Position numbers and translations under genes: made by a program. From an uncultured Thermoplasmatales archaeon (lineage in GTDB: Archaea > Thermoplasmatota > E2 > DHVEG-1): a stretch of DNA of 63,028 nt. The stretch's first letter is position 1. Every line of letters begins with the position of its first letter. The stretch is taken from NCBI GenBank assembly GCA_964594475.1, contig CAZQMI010000001.1:2524-65551 (forward strand), given 5' to 3'. The notes beneath the pieces were generated by a model. It ran no database searches. It worked only from the letters and a program-made list of their open reading frames with translations, and was not told the origin of the DNA. Positions 45,538 through 53,509 of the stretch are shown in pieces.

Positions 45538-46240
45538 GTTGGTCTTTCAGTCTTGGTTCTAATTTCTTCTTTAGCCAAGAATCATCAACTGGTTGTTTGG
45601 TAAGTATAGCTACAACCTTACACAGATGTTCCGGCCATGCTTGAACGCCACTGAAGAACCAATCAATTGGAATGTCTACTACTGACATAAGTTTGTCTAC
45701 TCTTATACCCACACTTTCCAAAGAGTATTCTCTCATTTTTGGATTGTTGCATTTACCATTTGGATCAGTTTTGAAGACACAAGTTTTGCAACCTCTGCAG
45801 TTACCTGCCCAGAGTAAGAAAGACTTCTGTTCCAACTCATCACTGACAGGTCTAACTATTCTCTTCATAGCTGCAGTAAAAACGAAGTCCCACCACTTCA
45901 CAACATAGAACCATTTAGGCTGACGTCTCTCCCTGCCTGTCTTCTTATCTATACCGAGAACTGTTTTTATTGGAGCGTTGAGCGTTTCGAATTTGATGTA
46001 AAAAACAAGAGAGTTAGGAAAAACAGTTTCCAGTCTTTGTATTCGAGGACTACGTGGAGGACAACCACCATTCTTTCCGAAATTTGTGCACTTCTTACAA
46101 GCATTACGAGTAGAGATGAGGTCTCGAGGCACCATTGTAGTAGGTAATTGGAAGAACCCAAAGTCATACAAGTAATCTTTAGGATCCTTCTTATTTACAC
46201 TAATCAGGTTATCTTTTATAATAGTATGTGTTATTTCCAT
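45518..46240 (-). CDS. Predicted metal-binding protein (DUF2284-like)
   Basis: CKKCTNFGKNGGCPP and CRGCKTCVFKTDPNGKCNNP...SLESVGIRV resemble the DUF2284 Cys pattern. I prefer ATG 46240 over the TTG at 46273. Confidence 0.45.
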   Translation of the reverse strand: MEITHTIIKDNLISVNKKDPKDYLYDFGFFQLPTTMVPRDLISTRNACKKCTNFGKNGGCPPRSPRIQRLETVFPNSLVFYIKFETLNAPIKTVLGIDKKTGRERRQPKWFYVVKWWDFVFTAAMKRIVRPVSDELEQKSFLLWAGNCRGCKTCVFKTDPNGKCNNPKMREYSLESVGIRVDKLMSVVDIPIDWFFSGVQAWPEHLCKVVAILTKQPVDDSWLKKKLEPRLKDQHERYEK

Positions 46241-46570
46241 ATAGTAAGCACTCACGTAATAGTGTGGTAACAAGAGATAAGAACTTCATACCGTTCAAAT
46301 GTGGTGTGTGTTTTTAGTATTAAAAATCAAGTAAAATACATAGCGGAAACGTCTTCATGGAATTTCTTCAGTGTGAAAAATCGTATGGCATTGATCTTAC
46401 GATCAAAAGACAGGAGAGATAAAACGACACACGCAGGATCTTGTTTCCTCGCGTGCACGCACGCACGTAGAGAGTAACATTCGTTACTCTTCTTGTTATT
46501 ATTATATTATTCAGGAAACTTGAATGAGATAACTTATAACTAATAAATAATAACCTGAATTAAATAAAAG

Positions 46571-46632
46571 TTGAAGGTCGATGTTGAACGTGTACAGGCG
46601 GACATTGAACGTGGCACGGTGAACGTTGAACG
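46571..46632. repeat. Cluster of 4-5 (T/G)TGAACG boxes
   Basis: TTGAACG at 46584, 46605 and 46626; GTGAACG at 46619; a degenerate TTGAAGG at 46571. Spacings are 21, 14 and 7 nt. The cluster sits next to an AT-rich tract (46491..46570) bounded by the inverted repeat ATTCAGG/CCTGAAT. Confidence 0.8.
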
Positions 46633-46933
46633 ATGTGACTGGAAGAATCTGGAAAAAGTCCTGTGGAATTGAAGAACCAAGATAATGCTATCGCAAAGTG
46701 AGAGTTTGCAACGTGGGTTATAAAGTTTCTTCGTGTCCGTTTTGCAAGATTATTTTAACTCAGCACTGTTCTTTTCAAACACAACCGAAGATAGATAAAA
46801 TGTTATTGCCAGCTAACTTTACGGATTTTGTTTGTTTGGGGTTGTTTGCTTAGTGTTAGGTGAGCCATGCGGAGTTTGGTCCGCAGTGGTGGTCAAGTTT
46901 ATTTCTTTTTATTTTTTGTCGGGAGGTTTGCTT

Positions 46934-47290
46934 ATGGCAGCCAAGAAGAAAAGTAGCAAGAAGAGCAGCAAGAAGTCCAAAGATACAGGGACTCGGAAGA
47001 TTGACATCGTGAGAGCGATTGCAAACAAGCTGGATTACAGCAAAAACGATGTCAAAGCAGTTATTGATGAGCACCTCAACCTGATTCATGATAAGCTCAT
47101 GAACTGCGAAGAAGTCAGCCTATCCGGTGTAGGAAGCTTCAAGGTACGCAATCGTAAAGCACGTACCGGCTTCAACCCAATCACCAAGGAAAAGATTCCG
47201 ATTCCGGCTCGGCCTGCAATCAAGTTCAAACTTTCCAAGGACATTCGCAAGGCCCTCAAAGAAAAAACCGTAGAGGGAGAAGAAGAATAG
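46934..47290 (+). CDS. HU/IHF-family DNA-binding protein with a lysine-rich N-terminal tail
   Basis: LSGVGSFKVRNRKARTGFNPITKEKIPIPARPAIKFKLSKDIRKAL is a classic HU arm. A GGGAGG SD precedes ATG 46934. The track ORF starts further upstream, at 46832. Confidence 0.85.
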   Translation: MAAKKKSSKKSSKKSKDTGTRKIDIVRAIANKLDYSKNDVKAVIDEHLNLIHDKLMNCEEVSLSGVGSFKVRNRKARTGFNPITKEKIPIPARPAIKFKLSKDIRKALKEKTVEGEEE

Positions 47291-47316
47291 AGCTTGATTA
47301 GCTGCTCTTTATTACT

Positions 47317-47396
47317 GGCAAGTGGAGCCCGCTGTTCACCTTCTCTCGACCGGGAAGATACTTCGAACTTTCGCTCCACTTGCCTTTTTTCTTTTT
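47317..47396 (+). terminator. Long-stem terminator or attenuator after the HU gene
   Basis: 12-bp perfect stem GGCAAGTGGAGC/GCTCCACTTGCC with a 44-nt loop that has an inner CCCG/CGGG stem. It is followed by TTTTTTCTTTTT. Confidence 0.7.
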
Positions 47397-47409
47397 ACCA
47401 GGAGCTATA

Positions 47410-48132
47410 ATGTCGGAAGAATCTAAAGTTGATTCTATAAGTGTTGTTGGTAGTGTTGATTCTTCAGAAAAGACCAGAGAGGATTTGCTCAAAGAACTTT
47501 CAGCACCTTCGTGCGTCACTAAGCCTCCGAAGGTAACCATCTCATCTCGTAAGGGGGATGTCCCTGACTCCGTAAAGAAGACTATTTATATAGGTGGGGA
47601 ACAGAGCAAAGACACCAAACAAAAGCCAGTACCAGAGCCCACCCAAGAACCTCAGGAAGAACCACCAGATATACCGGCACCCAATGATGTCAGTAGCTAT
47701 GATATCCCGTCTTCTAAGGACTTTGAAGCACCAACACAGCCACAACAAAAAGAGTCTAAGATTGAAACGAAACCAAAACCTGATGCTATAGAACCATCAG
47801 AGCCAAAAACTGAATCATCTGTAGAACCAGACTTCCAAAACAAGCACCAAATCATATTGTCCGCTACTGACACAGACGCTTCTCTCGAAAGAAAGAATAA
47901 GATATTCAAAAAGCAAAGCAATTTCAAAGTAGATGTGGAGTCAGATGTTAATCTTGGATTTAATCCTTACTCAGATATTTGCTCCACTCTTGGCTTTCTT
48001 ATCCAAGGATTGCACGAAGATCTACGAAGTCTTGAGTCTGGTAGTTATAATTTCAAACTTCACATAGAGAAGGTGGACCATGCCGAAACGAAAGAAGATA
48101 TCCAAGAAAGACACAAACCAGAAGCAGACTAA
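47410..48132 (+). CDS. Hypothetical protein, Pro/Glu/Lys-rich in the middle
   Basis: An AGGAG SD precedes ATG 47410 (MSEESKVD...). Confidence 0.5.
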   Translation: MSEESKVDSISVVGSVDSSEKTREDLLKELSAPSCVTKPPKVTISSRKGDVPDSVKKTIYIGGEQSKDTKQKPVPEPTQEPQEEPPDIPAPNDVSSYDIPSSKDFEAPTQPQQKESKIETKPKPDAIEPSEPKTESSVEPDFQNKHQIILSATDTDASLERKNKIFKKQSNFKVDVESDVNLGFNPYSDICSTLGFLIQGLHEDLRSLESGSYNFKLHIEKVDHAETKEDIQERHKPEAD

Positions 48133-48508
48133 GGACAAAGGAAGAGAAGACTTGTTTACCACAGAGAACCTCGTACGATATCTTGTAGACCACAAGCAGT
48201 ACCAAGTACGAGAAGCACGAATGATAGTACGGGACTTTCTTGAAGTAATCGATGAACAACTTATTCAAGGTAAGGATATTCTCTTCAAAGGGCACTTTTC
48301 TATACGAAAGAAATCTCTCAACTCCCGTATTGTATCTCATGGTATAATACGTAAGAATAATCCAACCATACCTCTTTCAGATCGTATTATACTACCTCGC
48401 AGATACTCATACAAGGTTTATCCATCTTCGAACCTTAAAGAAGATATGAAGAAGCACAAGCAGTTAAAGTCGGAAGACTTTGGTACTATGTTGTCAGACC
48501 AAAAGTGA
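48080..48508 (+). CDS. Divergent second HU/IHF-like protein
   Basis: LVRYLVDHKQYQVREARMIVRDFLEVIDEQLIQGKDILFKGHFSIRKK follows the HU helix-helix-beta pattern. N-terminus MPKRKKISKKDTNQKQTKDKG. Confidence 0.45.
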   Translation: MPKRKKISKKDTNQKQTKDKGREDLFTTENLVRYLVDHKQYQVREARMIVRDFLEVIDEQLIQGKDILFKGHFSIRKKSLNSRIVSHGIIRKNNPTIPLSDRIILPRRYSYKVYPSSNLKEDMKKHKQLKSEDFGTMLSDQK

Positions 48509-49097
48509 AGTCATCTATAAGAGGTGGGCAGCTTTGATCATGTGCTAACGGTGTAGCAATGTAATCCTTGTCTACAGATTTGAACATGACAGTAACCATA
48601 TTATAGTTTCCCTTTATAAACATGTCTTGAACCTCTCTGCTGCACCTTTCTTTTTTCATCCTTTCAAATAATACCTTAACTGGTACCCGCAACCGCTTAG
48701 CCTGGTTAGCTGTGGTTAGCTCAGGGTCTTCAGACAGACCAGCGTACAAGGAAAGTAGCCTCGGTGCGGAAGACTTGCTTATAACCAAACAGGGCGCTTG
48801 CACAAAGTTAACTCCATAAACACTTCGAACAATCCAATGACAGTCATCAACTACTTCACGTATGTTAATGAACTCTCCGAACCGTATAACCAGATCCATC
48901 TCTTGAACATCAACATCATAATCTTCCTGTGTAGCATTATTAGAAAGAAAGATGTCTTCGCATTTAGACAAATGCTGTTTTGTTAACGAGTGTCCTGTAC
49001 GTTCAAACTTAGTCTCTTGCTTGATAAGACGATCTATGTCAGGTACCGTTACGTCTTCAACAAGAGAGTTAAGTGCTTCCGAGATTTGATTTTTCAA
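48486..49097 (-). CDS. Hypothetical protein (TTG start)
   Basis: 203-aa ORF. Its stop overlaps, convergently, the plus-strand gene that ends at 48508. Confidence 0.45.
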   Translation of the reverse strand: MKNQISEALNSLVEDVTVPDIDRLIKQETKFERTGHSLTKQHLSKCEDIFLSNNATQEDYDVDVQEMDLVIRFGEFINIREVVDDCHWIVRSVYGVNFVQAPCLVISKSSAPRLLSLYAGLSEDPELTTANQAKRLRVPVKVLFERMKKERCSREVQDMFIKGNYNMVTVMFKSVDKDYIATPLAHDQSCPPLIDDFTFGLTT

Positions 49098-49920
49098 TTT
49101 CTTCTTTCTTACGTAGCTTAGCTATGTGTTTTTTCTTGAGTTCTCGTATCAACTTTTTGGTTGACTCATCTTCACGGTTGTTCAAACAACTATCGAGATA
49201 CTTTAGTGCTTCCTCTTTTCCTTTGCGTAACTTACCATCTTTTTCTTTCTTGATATCCTCTTTCATGTTATCACGGAAGTCTTGAATTCCGTGTACTATC
49301 TGTCGTGCACCTCCAAATATATGTCGAACTCCACCCAAGAACATACTGAGTAGAGGTATGCCGGTCATGGACTGCAGTACTGCTAACGCTATCAAAATAA
49401 TTATAATAAGTATTATGAATCCCCAAATACCAGAGAACACAGAGGCTTTGAATCCTTCCAACTTTGATTGTGCGGATTTAACCAGTTCATCCTTAGTAGC
49501 TAACTTATGCTTCCACTCCTTTTGTTTCTTCTTATATTCATGTTTTATCTTCTGTGCTTCTTCCAGAGACTTGTTAGTTTCCTCAATAAACTTGTTGAAG
49601 TCTTCTACAGAACTTAGATTATATTCAGAAATGACTGGACCAAGCCACGCCATAATTCTGAACGTAGCTTCCTTGACAAACTTAGCCAGTTCATCTTTTG
49701 GTTTTGTACCCTCATAGTATATTTGCTCAGACTTTTGGTAAGCAGCCGTTGCGGTTGCCTTCAGTTGTTGCTGATCCTTGAAGGACAGAGTCTCTTTCTT
49801 GGGCATGTCTCTCAAGTTATTCTGGTAGACATCTGGCTGTTTTACCTCAAGAATGGAACATCCTGGTACCACACTTAGCAGTACCAGGATGAGGGTTGTT
49901 ATGGTTAGTTTATTGCCCAT
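49069..49920 (-). CDS. Lipoprotein with a coiled-coil region and a C-proximal TM segment
   Basis: I prefer ATG 49920 (MGNKLTITTLILVLLSVVPGC, signal peptide plus lipobox). Later TM segment IWGFIILIIIILIALAVLQ, then a basic tail. Confidence 0.55.
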   Translation of the reverse strand: MGNKLTITTLILVLLSVVPGCSILEVKQPDVYQNNLRDMPKKETLSFKDQQQLKATATAAYQKSEQIYYEGTKPKDELAKFVKEATFRIMAWLGPVISEYNLSSVEDFNKFIEETNKSLEEAQKIKHEYKKKQKEWKHKLATKDELVKSAQSKLEGFKASVFSGIWGFIILIIIILIALAVLQSMTGIPLLSMFLGGVRHIFGGARQIVHGIQDFRDNMKEDIKKEKDGKLRKGKEEALKYLDSCLNNREDESTKKLIRELKKKHIAKLRKKEEIEKSNLGST

Positions 49921-49925
49921 AGTGA

Positions 49926-50354
49926 TCACGCTTTTTTCTTCTTGATTATGAGGACAATATCGATAACAGTCTGGCAAACAATCCAGTTAACAACCAGACT
50001 GAGCGCCCATAGTGGGTGAGCTTTTGCTATGATGGTTGATACACCACCGGTGACCAGTGCTTTCTTGCTACCGAGCAGACCACCCAGCACGTTGGCAATT
50101 CCTTCTTTGAAGCGCTCGGAGAGGCTTTCCGGCAGTTCGCCCGAAGGATCTCTCAGGATACGTGCTACGTCTGTAGCTGCCTGGCAGACCAGCCAAACGT
50201 GGATGGCCACGATAGCCCACTTCGGAAACAGGAAAGCTGCCGCTACTGAAGTACCAGCAGTTACCCAGAACTTCTTACTACCAACTGCACCGCCAACAAC
50301 ATTCTTGATACCGTCAGGTATCTTCTTGACGAGATCTTTAATTTCAAATCCCAT
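49926..50354 (-). CDS. Membrane protein with an internal duplication
   Basis: NVVGGAVGSKKFWVTAGTSV...WLVCQAATDV and NVLGGLLGSKKALVTGGVST...WIVCQTVIDI. ATG 50354 lies 7 nt after GGAGGAG. Confidence 0.5.
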   Translation of the reverse strand: MGFEIKDLVKKIPDGIKNVVGGAVGSKKFWVTAGTSVAAAFLFPKWAIVAIHVWLVCQAATDVARILRDPSGELPESLSERFKEGIANVLGGLLGSKKALVTGGVSTIIAKAHPLWALSLVVNWIVCQTVIDIVLIIKKKKA

Positions 50355-50356
50355 AT

Positions 50357-50851
50357 TCAAACTCCTCCATTAGTGGCTGACATTACTTGGTTATACCTCT
50401 CTTCTCCATTACGAAAAGAGGTCTGAACTCTCTCAGCGAGAGACTGCAAATTATCTAATTTACTTCTTCCTTCTTCTGAAACTATACTGTCAAATTCTCT
50501 TACTTTATTTGCGAGTTGTACTATCGGAGTATCTTTAGGTATGTAGGTCAAACAGTTAATGCCATCCTCTAATGCATCCCGAATGATATTAAAGTCGGCT
50601 GCCGTGTAAAGAATGACGGGCGTCTTGACTCCCTCTTTACGAAGTTCATATAAGAACTCTATACCACCACGCTTGTTACCTGGCATCATGACGTCCAGTA
50701 TAAGCAAGTCGAATTCTTCTCGGTTTACTGCGTCTCTTGCTTCAGCTACTGAACTAACAGCTTCAATCTTCTCGATTACATCTGTCTTTGATAAAAACTT
50801 TGATATGATCCGTCGTTGAGGAGGGCTGTCTTCCAGAAATAATACCCGCAT
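50357..50851 (-). CDS. Stand-alone response-regulator receiver (CheY-like REC) domain protein
   Basis: MRVLFLEDS, the phospho-acceptor context FDLLILDVMMPG, PVILYTA and YIPKD are all present. No output domain. Confidence 0.85.
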   Translation of the reverse strand: MRVLFLEDSPPQRRIISKFLSKTDVIEKIEAVSSVAEARDAVNREEFDLLILDVMMPGNKRGGIEFLYELRKEGVKTPVILYTAADFNIIRDALEDGINCLTYIPKDTPIVQLANKVREFDSIVSEEGRSKLDNLQSLAERVQTSFRNGEERYNQVMSATNGGV

Positions 50852-50852
50852 T

Positions 50853-51251
50853 TTAGCCACCTAACATATTGAGTAGTGCGTAAACCACCAAAGAACCTAA
50901 TACAAATGACGCTAACGACACAATGAATGTTGCCAGATGTTTACGCAAAAAAGATTTATCGTCTTTGCTGTCCTTAACAAATTTTTGAACCTCTTTAACC
51001 TCGTTTTCCAATTTATGAGTCGCTTTGAACCTGTCGTAATATGGACAATTAGATCTGTCTCTTGCACATGTCCTGTCCACATCCTTGTCCAATTGGTCTA
51101 ATTTAGCACCAATCTTTGCATGTAGATCTGCTTGTTCCTCCGCTATTGAGTTCACTTTGGAATATAGCTGTTCTATCTGCGTAGGTATGTTTTGAAGAAT
51201 GCCTGTTAGAATTCCTAACCGCTCTTCTATAGTTTGATATTTTTCTGACAT
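50853..51251 (-). CDS. Coiled-coil protein with a C-terminal TM anchor
   Basis: C-terminus LATFIVSLASFVLGSLVVYALLNML. Confidence 0.45.
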   Translation of the reverse strand: MSEKYQTIEERLGILTGILQNIPTQIEQLYSKVNSIAEEQADLHAKIGAKLDQLDKDVDRTCARDRSNCPYYDRFKATHKLENEVKEVQKFVKDSKDDKSFLRKHLATFIVSLASFVLGSLVVYALLNMLGG

Positions 51252-51266
51252 TCCAATTGACCATTA

Positions 51267-51312
51267 TAATAAAAGACCCACTTACCAAATAAAATTACAG
51301 GTAAGTGGGTCT
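51267..51312 (-). terminator. Rho-independent terminator
   Basis: 13-bp perfect stem AGACCCACTTACC/GGTAAGTGGGTCT. On the minus strand it is followed by TTTTATTAT. Confidence 0.8.
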
Positions 51313-51328
51313 GAACAATAAGTTATTG

Positions 51329-52198
51329 TTATTCTTCTTCGACAGTAGAGAACTCAAACTGCGACATGAAGCTGTCTCTCAAGATACTGTAAGAAGCAGC
51401 TTCCGTGATTTCCTTGGCAACCTTTTTGGCTACAAGTTCAGTCTCACTGGTAACGGAACTGACCTTGACCACATAGCCAGCAACCTTAACCAGATCGTCT
51501 TCCTGAACACCATCAGCAACAAAGGAACCAGAGCTGTCCGTAATGGTAACTCCATCGGATGCTATAGTACAAGTACCAGAAGAAACTTCCTCAGGAGAAA
51601 GAGGAACTTCAAGATTATCTTTCATGATCTTGTCAAGTTGATCTTCCGCAAGATTTGTCTTTCGTTCTTCAACGATAACATCTGAAGCTTCCATTTCAGT
51701 AGGATCAGACAGAATGTTACCTTCTTCATCAATACGGCCATTCTTTTTACGAAGAAGATCTTTCTGTTCATCAAGAGTACGTTGAGGATCGGGTGCTTCT
51801 TCGCCTTCCTGCGGATGGTTATACTCGTCACATGCTTGCTGAGCCTGGTCATCCGTGAACCCACGTACACTGTCAATACGTGCCTGTACTTCATCAGCAG
51901 TTGGGTTAAGCACCTCACTACGATCCAGAACGAACTTTGATTCTTCGTCCGGATCAGTGTAGCTCTCAACTGCAGAGAGATTGCCTTTGAGTGTTGTCAA
52001 CTTGGATTCCTGTGCATCCATATCAAGTCTTGCAGGTGCACAAGACTTGTCATAGTTACGAGCAATGTGATCTGCCGCTGCGGTAATAACCGCATTGGTA
52101 CCGGAAGGCACGTCAGCAGACCCATAGTTTTTGTCCGGATCTTCCGGACGCATTGGGGTGCAAGAAACGCCATCATATGAAACCGTAAGAATACCCAT
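51329..52198 (-). CDS. Acidic hypothetical protein, probably virion-associated and highly expressed
   Basis: 289-aa ORF with a GGAGG SD, followed by a strong terminator. Confidence 0.5.
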   Translation of the reverse strand: MGILTVSYDGVSCTPMRPEDPDKNYGSADVPSGTNAVITAAADHIARNYDKSCAPARLDMDAQESKLTTLKGNLSAVESYTDPDEESKFVLDRSEVLNPTADEVQARIDSVRGFTDDQAQQACDEYNHPQEGEEAPDPQRTLDEQKDLLRKKNGRIDEEGNILSDPTEMEASDVIVEERKTNLAEDQLDKIMKDNLEVPLSPEEVSSGTCTIASDGVTITDSSGSFVADGVQEDDLVKVAGYVVKVSSVTSETELVAKKVAKEITEAASYSILRDSFMSQFEFSTVEEE

Positions 52199-52239
52199 TT
52201 GTTTATACCTCCGTTAAGAGTTATCGTTAAAGTGATTTG

Positions 52240-53214
52240 TTATGCTATCTCGGCTGTCCATGCAACAAACGGTGCAGCAATACTAATGTTAGCTGCTACA
52301 GAAGTTCTTTGCATTTCAATTCGGCAACCTCGTGCGTCTATACCACTGGTTGTTGGGTTGTTCCAATTTGATACAGGGTCGTTAAGTATGGTATTTGTCC
52401 CAAGCTCAGCAATTTGATACAAGTCACCAAAGTTTGAACCATAACCTGCAGACACCGAGGGCGTACCCGCCATAACTGTACTAAAATCTAACTGGGCACG
52501 ACAATACATGCTACCAGCAGTGCTTCTCAGAGGCAAGTATACTCTGTCCAAACTACCAGTCTGATAATACCGCTCGCACCGTTGTAAGTCCTCGGCGTAG
52601 GGGACGAAACAATCTTGCGGTGGGTTTCTATATGCTCCCGAAAGTTCACGGAAGTTATGAACCCAAAACTCGAACTCTCCGTCAGCATCTAAAGTAATAC
52701 CAATATAAGCCTCTCTATCGAAGGCAAAGGCACGAGTTTTATAAACACGTACGGCTTCAAAGTTACTGTTTCCCAGTCCTGTGCCTCGTCCAATTTTACA
52801 GCGCACATCTTTGGAATATGTTAGTGTATCGTTTACAGTATCCCATCGTGGAGAGACGTTAAAACGCAGTTGCCCTTTAACAAGATACAATTGGCAAGCA
52901 GCTGTTAGAGCCGAACGATTATATTGATCTTCAATAGTGCTCCGTCCAAATAGCTCCTTATCCCTGTTCTCCAAGGATATGCTTTGACCTTTCCTACCGT
53001 GACCTCGAAAAAGTATAGCATCACCGTTGAAGTCAGCTTCTACATAATCAATACCTTGTGAGTCCACCTTCCAACAATCACAAAGATAGTCACCCACTTT
53101 ACAAGGTGCCCAGGTACTAAAGTTACCACGCTGATCAATGCGAAAGGCACCATTGGTTGTGAGATTACACTTGTTAATAATATCCTCAAAACCATTCACT
53201 AAATTCAAACTCAT
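52240..53214 (-). CDS. Tail-fiber / receptor-binding-like protein
   Basis: NGAFRIDQRGNF..., ...DCWKVD..., and EDLQRCERYYQ resemble a recurrent phage fiber family (the QRG / DRW / C.RYY pattern). ATG 53214 follows an AAGGAG. Confidence 0.45.
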   Translation of the reverse strand: MSLNLVNGFEDIINKCNLTTNGAFRIDQRGNFSTWAPCKVGDYLCDCWKVDSQGIDYVEADFNGDAILFRGHGRKGQSISLENRDKELFGRSTIEDQYNRSALTAACQLYLVKGQLRFNVSPRWDTVNDTLTYSKDVRCKIGRGTGLGNSNFEAVRVYKTRAFAFDREAYIGITLDADGEFEFWVHNFRELSGAYRNPPQDCFVPYAEDLQRCERYYQTGSLDRVYLPLRSTAGSMYCRAQLDFSTVMAGTPSVSAGYGSNFGDLYQIAELGTNTILNDPVSNWNNPTTSGIDARGCRIEMQRTSVAANISIAAPFVAWTAEIA

Positions 53215-53403
53215 AACAAATCTCCTTAACAATCACCAGTCATCGTTGTTTTTCCCACCGGAGAACCCTTCTCCGATTTCGTCCAGACTGGATTCACTAA
53301 GTATTTCAATCTTCCAGTATACTAATAATTACCATCAGTAGACCAAGAAGAATTCCAACTATCGAGATAACCAAAAGCACATAAGCTATAATCGTTCTCC
53401 TGG

Positions 53404-53508
53404 TTATTTTGAATCATCCTTCATAAGCAGAATAACCCAGCAAACTATGCCTATGAATAAAAAGCAGGAGTAGACCGCTATGGCCCACTCCCGCTCAGTG
53501 AGATGCAT
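53404..53508 (-). CDS. Tiny membrane peptide (34 aa, below the ORF-track cutoff)
   Basis: Hand translation MHLTEREWAIAVYSCFLFIGIVCWVILLMKDDSK. The ATG immediately follows the tail-fiber stop. Confidence 0.25.
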   Translation of the reverse strand: MHLTEREWAIAVYSCFLFIGIVCWVILLMKDDSK

Positions 53509-53509
53509 C

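Noticed and set aside
46742-46800. Sigma-70-like promoter candidates upstream of the HU gene (TTGCAA..., TTTCAA-N17-TAAAAT)
   Set aside because: The hexamer matches are weak (about 3 of 6 for the -35), and in AT-rich DNA such matches are expected by chance. Not reported as a feature.
53233-53403. Second tiny hydrophobic reading frame (IIAYVLLVISIVGILLGLLMVIISILED) after the tail-fiber gene
   Set aside because: It has no ATG or TTG start with suitable SD spacing; only ATT/ATA follow the AGGAG, and there is an internal GTG. It is too short to call without expression data.
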